Shown: positions 1 through 12,052 of the stretch, piece by piece | How positions within the stretch are numbered: the first letter of the stretch is position 1 | Layout: each line of letters begins with the position of its first letter | DNA from: Adineta vaga | Lineage: Eukaryota > Animalia > Rotifera | Direction of reading: 5' to 3' | Length of the DNA: 64,000 bases | NCBI GenBank assembly: GCA_021613535.1 | Contig: CP075495.1 | Coordinates: 5,084,001-5,148,000, forward strand | The notes under the pieces: model-generated | The model's database searches: none | Told to the model about the DNA's origin: nothing | What the model saw: the letters and a program-made list of their open reading frames with translations, nothing else | Position numbers and translations under genes: made by a program

Positions 1-107
1 TTTAAAAACATAGACATTCTTATACTAAACAAATTTATTTTTCTATATATTTTGTTTTTTCTTACTGAAAATACATAAAAGAAAAAGAGAAAAGAAAAAA
101 AATCACA

Positions 108-3100
108 TTAAGTGACAGTACATTTCGATTGTTTGATAAAATTAGCTTGTTGACAACGAAAGATCAGATGAATATCATCGATAAAATATGTATTATTTCG
201 AAAGAAATCATTATTATTTGCTGTTTGACAATAATTCTCAGCTGTATACTCAATAAGAAAACGTTTCATCAATAAATTGGCACTCATAAATGGCCATAAA
301 TAATCATCAAGATTGATATTTTTTTCCGAAAGAAAACTTGATCGTAATAATAAATAAACAATTGATTCATCATTGAAAAGATGTTTTTTTAAATTATTTT
401 CATCTTGTTCATCTTCATAAGATTTTAATGCACATTCAATATGATATGGATTTGTTTCAATACTTAAACGAAGAATTTTGATGAGAAGTTTAATTAGATG
501 ATATTCAATTGAAATATTCGATTGGGAAAGAAAACCAAAAGGAAGAAATAATGTATGATTTAATGGATAATAGATTGGTTCAATATAATATGAACGTTCA
601 TGTTCATCGGATGAAATTGACGATAAATATTGAACATATTCGAGATATGAAGAAAATGTATTTGATAATGTATAATCATTTGGTATTGAATAATGACCAA
701 TACGAATTTGAAGTTGATTTAATTCATTACGAATAATAGTTGTTTCATTGACAAATAAATGATCTGATTGTTCAGTTAAAAGTCGAAAACGATTAATTAG
801 ATTTTCCACAAGAATTTTTCTTGAATTAAGAATTGTCTAAATAAAAATAGATGATTACATTATACTATTTTGATTATTTTTTTTTCATAAACGACAATCC
901 ATCACGTTTTGCTTACGTCAATGCACACACTGAATCGAGAACGTTCCTTTTCTCTCTCTATTGTTTGACGCCCTTAAACAATAGTATATTACTGAATAAT
1001 ACCTTGGATATGTATGTTATTTATAAACAAGAATGTGTTTAACTATCATTCATAAAGGTAAAAGGTTTATCGAACATAGTTCCTAAAATGATGACTTAGT
1101 AAAAGACAAGTTCATATATGTTAATGTATAGTGATTCAATCATTTGAATATTTCAATTGATTTCTTTTTCGTGACAATATATAACTATTTTCTTCATCTA
1201 ATTAAATATGCATATACTATCAAAGAAGAAATGATTCAACTCGTCGAAAATACTTGAATACTACGAATGATGGAATAAATTTATTTTGCATTTAAAATTG
1301 CTTGAGAATCGATTCGTCATTTCTTTTCTTTTTTTATTTTATTTACTAACGATTTGTACGAAAGATGATTGAATTCGATTATTCTCATAGTCAAGGATAA
1401 TTTAATTGAGAACAATCGTCGACTAGCTATTGTGCTTCTTAATTTCAATACTCGATGATACTTAACAAAATTGTTAGATGAATGATTCTATGAATATTGA
1501 TCTTAGTCTTTTTCTCATTACCTGATTATCATCATGAACAACTTGGTTTAATAAAGAAGGATGATAACAATTGAAAATATCAAAACAACTCTGAATATGA
1601 CAGGACAAATTTGGATAGATTGTTTGATATGTATAACTATAAACTTGTTTATGTGGAGTGATATGAATATGATTTTGATGTTGAATATATGGTTGATAAT
1701 ATGGATAAATAAATTTTCTATATTGATCAAAAAATGCATAATTAACTAATGTATCAATGGGTGTGAATTTTAATAAATTTTCATATAACATAGATATAAA
1801 AGGCCAATCATTTGAAATAAAACTATCTGTCGTATGATGAAATATATCAAGATTTATTATTGATATTAATTCATCTGATTTCATTCTTTTATCTAATAAT
1901 TGATCAAGTAAATCAATAGTACATGATTGATTACGATGATTTGAATGAACATTTTGTTCGATCGTTTTTAAATCAGCTGTTACACGTTGAAGATGTTCGA
2001 CTAGTGTATGATTGTCGGTAATTTTATCTAAGACTCGAATTTGTGTGTCAATCAATTCGGGTTTAAAATTACGCAAACGAGATCGAAGAAAATGATTTAA
2101 TAATTTGATTAAATTTTCTAAACCATTACTACTATTTGATATTAATGATGGTAAACATTGATGATAATTCGTAAATGTTAATATACGTTTGATAATCAAA
2201 GAATCTGGATGAAATTCTTGTTCATAAGATTTTATAAGAACAGTTGTATTAGCTAAAAGTTTTTGATAATCATCATCGAATTTTATTAAATTTTTTAATG
2301 CCGTTTGATTGATAGTTGTTAAATTGAAGAAAATTGATGTGACAGATGGTAATTGACGATGACTTGTACGAATGATAGTTGAATAATTGAATGATGAAGG
2401 TAGAAATGTAAAGAATGGATTTGGATAACGAAATATGGATAATGATGATGATATATTTGTGAAATTTGTTTGATTAAAAAGTGTTAAATATGATCTGTAC
2501 GGTTCTTTGTCACTGAGATTACTAAAATAATGGTCAAGTTCATTGAGAAGTATTTCTGGTGATTGTGTTTCACATAATTGATATAAACGATAAATCGATG
2601 TTATATGATTATCTAAATAAACATATTATATCTCCATTATATCGAAAATATTCATACTTTGAATTAATATCGATTGATTACTCAGATTTGTCATAAGTTT
2701 ACCATGAAGTTGATGTCTTATACTTGTCCATTTAGGTTCATTATCATCTTTCCCATCGATATCTTCCATATGTTTTCTTCGTGTCCATTTATCACAAACA
2801 AAATCATAGAAATGTTCACACGGATCTATATTGATATTAACAAAATCAGGTAATTGCCGTTTTCGTGCTGTTGCATTATTATCAAAGTCATAAGTTGAAT
2901 TTGATATTGTCGAAAAATTATTACTATCTATATGATAGATGATTACAGCTGCTAGAATAGCAATAATAGCTAGACATATTCCAAAAAGAATTGAAACAAG
3001 ACAACAATGATTTGTTGATGAATCAGCCATGAGTGGATTGTAAAGATAGATATAGGTTTGTTTTGGTTGACGTCGACAACAAGATTGTTGTCGACTTATC

Positions 3101-3120
3101 CATGTGCAACAATTAGCCAT
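108..3120 (-). CDS. Neprilysin/M13-family-like type II membrane protein, apparently non-catalytic; multi-exon
   Basis: N-terminal TM helix (LVSILFGICLAIIAILAAVIIY) followed by the M13 hallmark 'NIDPCEHFYDFVCDKW'. C-terminal 'IYYPLNHTLFLPFGFL' matches the NAFY...FPAGIL region, and the protein ends 'F.C......KC'. ORFs 2626-3120, 1474-2199 and 108-809 are joined by short introns (e.g. 2613-2657, 1488-1521). No HExxH. Confidence 0.75.
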
Positions 3121-6100
3121 TTTATTCGAATTTGTTGAAGATACTATAAATTAAGAAGAGAAAGAAATCACATAAGTCGCTTCTATTTTTTTCTTCGTCT
3201 AAAATAACTTACGTGCAGATCAATTGACATTGTTGTTGTTGTTGTTGATCTAACAAATGACGTTGGGAAAAATCCGTCATTGTCATATTAATATCACGAA
3301 GATGATAATGATAATGAATAGGACGAAGAAGAAAAACCTTCAAAGAAATAATCAACTACGAGATATAATGTTTTCTTCTTTTAACACATAGACATCATCA
3401 AGCCGCGAGGGTACAATGAATTAATGAAACGTGCATATGTATGCGTGCACATCCACACACCATCCTTTTCCGATTATTCTCGTTCGTACTCCTCATTCGC
3501 TAATTCTAATCGGTTACGGCTCTTCATATATGTATAAGTCACATCAGTCAGTTCCTAATTCTGAACAGGATATAAAATGGTCAACATGCAAGTGAACTAA
3601 AAGGGAAACTGATCGTAGCAATCAAGTTTACGCACATGCATGAATGTGTTGTCCACAATGATTGGACATGTCTCTAAGTAATTTTATGATTTCTACTATC
3701 GATTGACCATTTATTAGTTCATTTCATATTCTAATAATCGCAAATGTAGAAAGTTTAACTTAATGAATAGGACGACACGAATATATATATATATATATAA
3801 ACATAAGAAGAATCGGAAGTTGATTGCTTATATTCAAAACATGTCATTCTCAAAGCAATGCGAAGAATAGTCTCATCTAATTAAAGTTACTTGTATAAAA
3901 TTTGTTTTCTTTCAATACATATATATGTATAGATATAAATGTGCAATAGCCCTAAGACAATGTTACTTGTTCTTGCTCTTCAATTATCCATTAGGTGGGT
4001 GGAGAGAATGAAAAAAGTACTATTCGGTACCATCAAATGATCAAACAATTTCTCATGTTCTAGTCTAATCTTCTCCTTCTGTTGTTCATGTCACTATCCA
4101 TTGTAACTGGAGATGCTAACAAAATGTTGAGTATATATATATACATATATGTCTGTATGTCTGCTTTCTTCTGTCTATTTAATGCTTGTTAGAAATAATT
4201 TCAAAATAAACCAAACTTCTAATGAATCGCACACGGACAATATCAACATACCGATAAATTGAAATTTTGTTCTATCAAAGCAAAATGCTATATGCCGCTG
4301 AAGTAGAGACGACTTGACTCATACTTTTTTTCTTTCTCTTTCTCTTGCATGCTCCCTCTTCTCTCTTTCGGACTCGATATTCAATTCAGATGAATAGACG
4401 ACTTCTTTTGCTCTGCGATGACGATATGTCATAATACACAGATATATAAGTCAACTGAAAGGCAAGGTGAGAAAGGCGTCAAAATAACTATTGGTCATTT
4501 TATTTGAACTAAAGTTACTGTTGTTGTTGTTTAACAGACTATATATATATGATATTCAAATCAAGTACATCAATCAGGAGAGAATTGAAAAGTTATAGAT
4601 ATACGCATGAGGCTATTTTCTTAACAAACTCATTTCATAATCGTCTACAAGAACGTATTTCCTGTAGGAAAAAAAATGAGCGAGTTTATTCATATGTACA
4701 TAAAATGTCTTAATGAAAGTAAAATTTCTTTTCTCTTCATCTTACGAACGAACAAAGATTCCAACATTATTCGGCAGTTTTGATAAAAAAACATCATGTT
4801 GAGAAGACGAGGAATAAAAAAACGAGAAAGAATTGTCATTGATCTATTTACATAATGGCTCATCGTAATACTCGCGGGAGAACAAACGACAAGTCGATCT
4901 TTCTTTTTGCATTTTTTCGCTTTGAACAAACGAACGGAAAAAGAAGCATATGAAAACTTCCGGTTATCACCATTAATGAGAAATTCTCTTTATATCAAAT
5001 CATGCATATAACACTCAGTTTTTCAATTCAGTGGAAATGAAAAAAGATGATTAAGATATAAATTATAGAAAAGCTTTTTATTGAAATAATGACATCACTA
5101 TCTGACGTTAAAGTCTTCTATTCTAACATTTTTTTTACAAGTAGTTAATCATATTCGAATGCTTCTATTTTCTTTTCTTGTACATTAATTATTCTATTAT
5201 ACTACGCAAGATACAAAGAGTAATCTTTTTAGTTTGATTGTCCGAGAAAATGAATCCTATAAGAATATTTCAAGGCAATGATCAGTTTAACATCGTAATC
5301 AACTTAAAAATCGAGATTATCCAAGAAGAAAAAACTCGGTTTTGTTCTATTCATGAAGTGACTGACCTTAGGGATCGAGAGAAAAAATTCCCATAAGATT
5401 ATATGTACATAAATTTTCTTTTCCTTCTTTTTTGACTGACAAAAAACAGGCACTAATTATATACGAAGAGTTCTTTTCTTTTCAATAAAGAATTGAACAA
5501 TATACCTTTGTAAAGAAAACTAAGAAGAAATTATGTAAGAATAGGTTATTACTTTTTGATTTTCAAGCTTGATTATCTACTAATTGTTTTAGCAAAAGGA
5601 TATTGGACCATATCTTTTCAAGAACATGCTTCACAATGAAGAATTGTCGATTAGAACTAATTAATCAATGAGAATAAAGAAAATGTTCCGTTTCATATAC
5701 ACAACACACGTTCGATAAGACTAATCGATCATGATCGATGAATGTAAATTGATCTACCAGATAGATAATTATGTTCAATGAAAAAAACAATGTATTCAAA
5801 GAAATCGAGACCAACTCATCTTGTTTTATAACATTTATCAGCAAATTATATTCGAATGAACTGAAATAACATGCCGATAGACAAGTAAAAGCTCAAAAAA
5901 ATATTAGCATAATGCTAAATCATTCGCTATGGGAATAAACAGAATAATTATTTCGAGACATTAAATAAGTAACGTCAAAATTGTTTTTGTTTTTCTTGCT
6001 CTATATTCGTTATCATATTTATCTTTAATTTAGATGTTAAAATGATCTGTTATTGATGAATTTTAAAGTCGAAATACAATTGCAATTTTTTTCCTTCTAA

Positions 6101-7371
6101 AGCTCATTTACTATTGTATTCATTATCACTCTTTTGTTTGATTGATTTATACAATTCCCAATTGTATTAAACAAAACAAAAAGACATCGAACGAATGTTT
6201 TAATTAGTACTGATATTCATGTTAAGCTATTTATATAAGATTATATAATAGATTCTTTCATTAATTTGATGGATATGTGTACTTTCACTGGACAAAAATT
6301 CATATCATTGATTTTATTGCATGTTGTTATTAACATTGAATCATAAATTTCATCATTCGATTGTTTGGCACTAATGAAAGAATAGTTTCAGATGTTGCAA
6401 ACTTTTTAATGTCAAATATTACTTATAAATAACAGAAACTACAGTTAGAATGTACCAGAAAAAAAACCACATAATAATGAATGACGAAATATATTGAATC
6501 CCGAGTATTTTTTGATCACTATTATGAAAGAAATCTTCGTGAACATGATCAAACTAATGTTAATGATTTTAAACATTAAGATAGAAGAGTAAAATGCATT
6601 ATTAATAAATCAATTATATAAGAAAACGATTACTAGCGAACATATTTGACGTGTAATTATATTCTATTTATTACGACACTACATAGAGTGCCTACTTCGT
6701 CGAGCAAATCAATGAATAAGCAAGTTCATTTTTCACATTTATAATTAAAGAAAAATCATAATGATACAAAATCATATAGTCAATGTATTTCAAATACAAT
6801 CGAGATTTGTCATGCATCGAGATCCAATTGATTGAGTATACGTGTAGCTGATTCTAAATTTGTCTCGGATAGCATGTCTTGTTCAGATGAAGAATCGATT
6901 TCGGATTTATATTCTATATTGTTATAAGATTCATTACTGTCATTTCTATCTAAAAGTAATTGATCATCAGCTTGCCGAAATTTATAAAAAAACGAAATAG
7001 TAAAAATGATCAATAATACAGTATGCAAGTTAGAGTTAGGCGTTGAATTTTATTTAGAAGATTTTTGTATTGTTGAAAATTTTGATGATGATGGTTGATT
7101 TTTAGATTTTTGCAAAGATATTTTCGGTTTTCTTGGTGTTCTTAATGTTATAGAATTCTTTGCTTTGTCAAGTGATTTATTTTTACACAGAAGTCTAGTT
7201 ATTGGAAGAATCATAGTTGCTGTGAGAGTTACAGTGTGTGGTCTAATAAACGTAATGATAAATATTAATGTCTATAGTACACTGTTATGAACAGACTAGA
7301 TTTATCTCTTTTAAATAACTTTCTGTTTTTTTTTCAATAATCAAATAGATTGAGATAGTCATTCCGTTGGT

Positions 7372-7833
7372 TTATAGATCTCTGGTATTCGAATATTCAT
7401 AAATTAATAACATTTGTAATAATACTTTCTTTAGATACTCTAATCTACGTTTCATTTGTCTGTCGAACCATTCGAGAGCAGCAAAATAAGTAATCATCTC
7501 CAAGACGAATATGCAATAGTTTACCGATGTAGTGGTACTTTTTGAAGTATCAAGATCAACATAAACTTTCGATGTCGACAAAAATTCATAATAACAAGTT
7601 GTTCTTATTACCGTATCATTGACCACACATTCTCCTATGAAAACAGATTTTTTATGACTTAATACAGCACGGCATACAAGGGGTTGATTCTTAAATGCGA
7701 TATATAATGTGAATACACCAGTTGATGACCACTTAAATGATCCTTCGTTGAGTACAAGATAATCAGTGATTTTGGTTATAACACAATCATATGAATAATT
7801 ATACTTCTCAATATAGATTGTATTATCAAACAA
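7372..7833 (-). other. Orphan open frame (153 codons, no ATG near its 5' end); possible decayed gene
   Basis: Long stop-free frame for such AT-rich DNA, but it starts at TTG shortly after an in-frame TAA. No recognisable motif. Confidence 0.25.
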
Positions 7834-7966
7834 ATCACGACGGTTTATTATTGACTTCTTGTTTTATTTCGTACTGTCTTTGCGTAAGTTTTATTCTTTT
7901 GAAAACATATTGAATAAATAAAATATAATATGAAATCTTTTATTTAGAAAAGAAAAACTAACATAT

Positions 7967-10900
7967 TCACAACAATTCCAAATCTTGTCTATCTAATGCT
8001 TGTAATGTTTGACAACATCGTCTATAAAGTTCTCGTGCAACTAATTCTCGTTCTGCATCATTTGCACCTGGATACGTATGTAATTGTGGAAATAATAAAA
8101 GTTTTTTCAACGTTTTAATTTGTCCAAATTTTTGTAAGAGATAATCAAATTCATAATTATAATACGGTATAATAGATTTAAATGATAGAAGTGAAATTTT
8201 TGTTTGCTCTTTTTCATTTACATAATAATCAGCTAGTTGTCCAATTGTTGATGCTTGTAATGAACAATAACCAATTGATAGAACAGTTAATTCGGGACAA
8301 CGTGGAATCATTTTTAGAATAAGATTTGAACATGTTCGTGTACCAAAATTATTCATACTTAAATTTAGTTCATTTAAATGTCTTAAATTACGCATGGATG
8401 ATAAAAATTCTAAATCTTTAGATATTAAACGACAATCTTGTAGACTAAGATATTCAAGTGGTTGAATAAGACCACTAAAAAGAATTCGAATATATGATTG
8501 AAGATATGAATAAGATAGATCAAGTTTTCGAAGATATATTAAACGACGAAGTAAATGATTGAAATCTGAACAGAGATTCATCAATATATGTGGTGTTTTA
8601 TAACTAAATATAATTATCAAATTAAATTTAATCAATATTAAATATTTTGTCTTACCAATGAGGATACAAATTAAGAACACGTTGTAAACATAAGACGCGT
8701 AAGTTTCGTAGATTTGATAAACTTCGTACTAATAATTTCAATTCATTTTCTGTTGTTTCCATATTTGTATCACTTAAATGAAGATGTGTAATATTCTAGA
8801 CATAGAGAGAGAGATAGAAGAAGAAAAAAATATATAACTAATATTTAATTACATCTGTATTGGTTAAATTCAAAATGTGATTGATATCAAACGATGTCTG
8901 TGGTGTAAGTATTTGTCGAAAATAATTATTTACCCATAATTTATGGAAACAAAATTGAAATGGTGTTACTTGTTGTAATTCAAGACCCATCAGTGTATCT
9001 TCATTAATAATCTGACAATCAAGTATAATTTTGATTGGTTCTAAAAGAATAGGATAATTTATCTTCTCATTATTCATCAAAATCTTATTCATGCATTGAA
9101 AATTCCGATAGCATCAGTCAATATCGATGTTGATGGATATTGAGATCAGAGGACAAGAAATAATATACATGCTATGTAATCTAAGAGGAAGGTTATTCAC
9201 AGCAAGATATATATTCTACCAAAATTAGTTTCATGTGTGATCGATTTATCATAATATTGATAAACATAATTGAATCCTTCGATATATTTCTCTAATATAC
9301 TTTTCTCAATATCTAGATTTGAAACAAAAAATAAAGGAATGTCGAAATCTAATTTGAAACGTACACGTTCGTTTTTGTAATAAAGACCGTCGATGAGGTG
9401 CTGTCCATAGTAATGGCAAACGAAAAAGTTCTTTGGTCATTTGAATACCTAAAGTAATGAATAGAATTTGAAAAATCAATTGAATATTCATTGTTTTACT
9501 TGTTGTACATCGATGAAAATCAACAATTTTCAAACGTGATATATCTTTTTGTGTGTTTACTAAACCCATAACAATATAATCCAATAGAGTTGAACCATCA
9601 GGTAATTTTCTTTCTAAAAATTTTGCAATTGAATTCATTTCATCATCTTGTTGCTGATTATTTAAATAAACCAGTAATGATGATAATGGTAAAAGACGAT
9701 AGATTTCTAAATGTACTAATGGCCAATAGGCAATTAGAATTTCAATAATTTGATGTTCATTCATAAATATCGCTTCTTGTCCAATTGAATAGAATATGTT
9801 TGCTGGTGTTGATGAACGAATATGTTCTTGTTGAAGACAACAATGTAGATATTTTTCGTTTGTAATCAATTTTCGTATACATAATGAACGAAGTCTTCTA
9901 GAATATAGAAAAAAACAGAATTAAGATATTTATGAATTTATTGTTCGTAATTTATCAATGGTATCAGCAAGGAAAATATAATCTTCAATACGATTATAAA
10001 TTTGCGTAGCAATACGAACATAAAGCTTCTCATTAACACACAACATTATCGAAACAAGGTTATATTTTTTTATCAGATCGTGTATAAGACGAAGAGCGTC
10101 CTCCTTTGTCTTCTGATATTGTTCTAGATCAGGTAATTGAACCATTTTTAAATAGGGTGCTTGCATATCAGTTGGAAAAAAATCTTTTCCTTCAGTATTC
10201 CAACGTTGTTCAAGAAGTTGTTTTGCTTGTTGACTTAAAGTTGAATTATATCGATGTATACGATCAAATCCTCCGGCGAATGTATCGACAAATTCAATTG
10301 CTTTTGGTAAAGTTAACTGAGCAGATGCGTCACGTGTACCTTGATGAAAAAATTGTAAATGAAAATGAGTCATCATATCCAATTGTGATGCACTTGGACG
10401 ATAACCCCACGATGTATTAGCTGGTTGAATTTGATTTGCAATGGCAACACTTCGAACAAAAATAAATGAACAACCTCGAGCAGCATACATCCATTTATGA
10501 AATGTACCAATATAATAATCACAAGTAAGTTTATTTAAGGAGAAATTTGGACTGACTTGACCCGGTCCATGAGCTCCATCGATCAGTACAGGAATATTAT
10601 ATGAATGTAATAGATCAGTTAGTTCTTCAATTGGTAAAAGAAGTGCTGTTGAACTAGTAATATGATCAATAACAGCAAGACGAATATCTTGTAGATCACC
10701 TTTATCTAATTCATCTTGAAATTGTTGAATGAATTCTTCTTTACTTTTAATTGGATATTTGATATCAATCTTTCGAAGTTTCCAACCAAATTGTCGAATT
10801 GTTTCTTCAATCGTGAAAAAAACTGAACCATACGCTAAATTGGTACAGAGTATAGTTCCACCTGTTGATGATATCAATGATGGTAAAGATTTGATTATAG

Positions 10901-11476
10901 CATTAGCACCTACAGTAGCATTGTCTACAAGTGCAATTTGTTCAAAATGACAATCAAGTCGATGTGCTGCTGCTCGTACACTTTCAATATAATATGTATA
11001 TAATGATAAACGAAACCATGAATCAGGATTTTGTTCTTGTTCTAGACGTAAACGTTTTAATTCGTTGTAAACAAGACGAGGACATGGTCCATAACTACCA
11101 TGATTGACATAAACAAGATTCTGGTCAATTAAATAATGTTCACGAAATGTTTTCTCTCCAAATTCAATATTAGCCATGTTTTATTACAAAGCAAAAATAA
11201 ATTCTAGTTGTGTATTTCTATCTGGAATAGAAGGTACTGGGCAGGTAGGGTGAAGGTAGGTTTATATGCATTAGAAGAAGAAAAGAAGATAAGAAAACAA
11301 ATAATAAAATAACAACTCTTATCTCACCTCGGCGATTTTATTATTCGACTTTCTCCATTCGTTTTGGGTTGTTGAATAGGATAAAAGAAATGTTGCTCAA
11401 GTCGAACTGTTGGTATTCGTCGATAAATTTGATCGGCTCGATCAAGCATAGGATTACTGGGAAATGTACCCAACAT
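7967..11476 (-). CDS. LRRC14/PRAME-like leucine-rich repeat protein; exon 1 at 11328-11476, intron 1 at 9898-11327
   Basis: Splicing AG|GTGAG (11327) to TAG| (9898) gives in-frame 'KSPRRLRSLCIRKL', resembling the PRAME N-terminal 'SPRRLVELA' BC-box-like motif. Also 'AYWPLVHL', 'LKIVDF', and C-terminal LRRs (LRKLDLSY, LEYLSLQDCRL, LNELNLSMNNF, LTVLSIGYC). Confidence 0.8.
9930..11177 (-). CDS. Class-V PLP-dependent aminotransferase/C-S lyase (Egt2 hercynylcysteine sulfoxide lyase / L-cysteine desulfhydrase / CefD-like), intronless, nested in intron 1 of the LRRC14-like gene
   Basis: 415 aa intact ORF with 'YVNHGSYG', 'NAT', 'DHITS', 'DGAHG', PLP-lysine motif 'YYIGTFHKW', 'QGTRD' and 'YVRIATQIYN'. 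Confidence 0.9.
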   Translation of the reverse strand: MANIEFGEKTFREHYLIDQNLVYVNHGSYGPCPRLVYNELKRLRLEQEQNPDSWFRLSLYTYYIESVRAAAHRLDCHFEQIALVDNATVGANAIIKSLPSLISSTGGTILCTNLAYGSVFFTIEETIRQFGWKLRKIDIKYPIKSKEEFIQQFQDELDKGDLQDIRLAVIDHITSSTALLLPIEELTDLLHSYNIPVLIDGAHGPGQVSPNFSLNKLTCDYYIGTFHKWMYAARGCSFIFVRSVAIANQIQPANTSWGYRPSASQLDMMTHFHLQFFHQGTRDASAQLTLPKAIEFVDTFAGGFDRIHRYNSTLSQQAKQLLEQRWNTEGKDFFPTDMQAPYLKMVQLPDLEQYQKTKEDALRLIHDLIKKYNLVSIMLCVNEKLYVRIATQIYNRIEDYIFLADTIDKLRTINS

Positions 11477-12052
11477 ATTCGGCGTTTTTTCCTTAATGAA
11501 TAATCTAAAATATGACAATATATATAAAGGCTTATTTATTCGTAAGACCTAGATATTGTGCGCGCGAAATATGTTCTGTCATAAACGACAACAAGCATTA
11601 GTATGATGACGGCAAAGAATATGCTGATAAGTATTCATTCGTCATATGGATCAGAGAAGAGAAGAAAAAAGGATTGCAGAAGAAAGTAGCGAGGAATAAT
11701 TATAGCAGTAATGTAAATAAGAAGAAACGATAAAAAATATCGTCCTGTAGAATTTTTCTCCTCCTTCGAGCAGATATAGGAGATATCAATCCTAGAGTTC
11801 TCAATGTAAGTTTGTCGATGTTGATGCATCGAGAAAAAAAGACGTCTGCTGACTATAGTTGATCTTTAGGAACACATGATAATAACAAAGAATATGTTAA
11901 CGAATGTTTATGCAAAACAATTATTCATATACGTAGGAGGATTAAAATGAAGATTAATTATGTTGAAAAAACTTTATTTTAATTCTCATCTAATAACGAA
12001 TTTTGGATATTTTCTTTTCTTCGAATCAAACAAAGTAACAACAAAACATTTT

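Noticed and set aside
3150-6800. Possible transposon or RNA gene in the gene-free stretch
   Set aside because: No terminal repeats, transposase/RT motifs, tRNA cloverleaf or snRNA signature recognised by eye; a covariance-model search would be needed to exclude ncRNAs.
11178-11476. In-frame fusion of LRRC14 exon 1 to the PLP lyase
   Set aside because: The three AG acceptors nearest the lyase ATG were tested; each gives a stop or the wrong frame.
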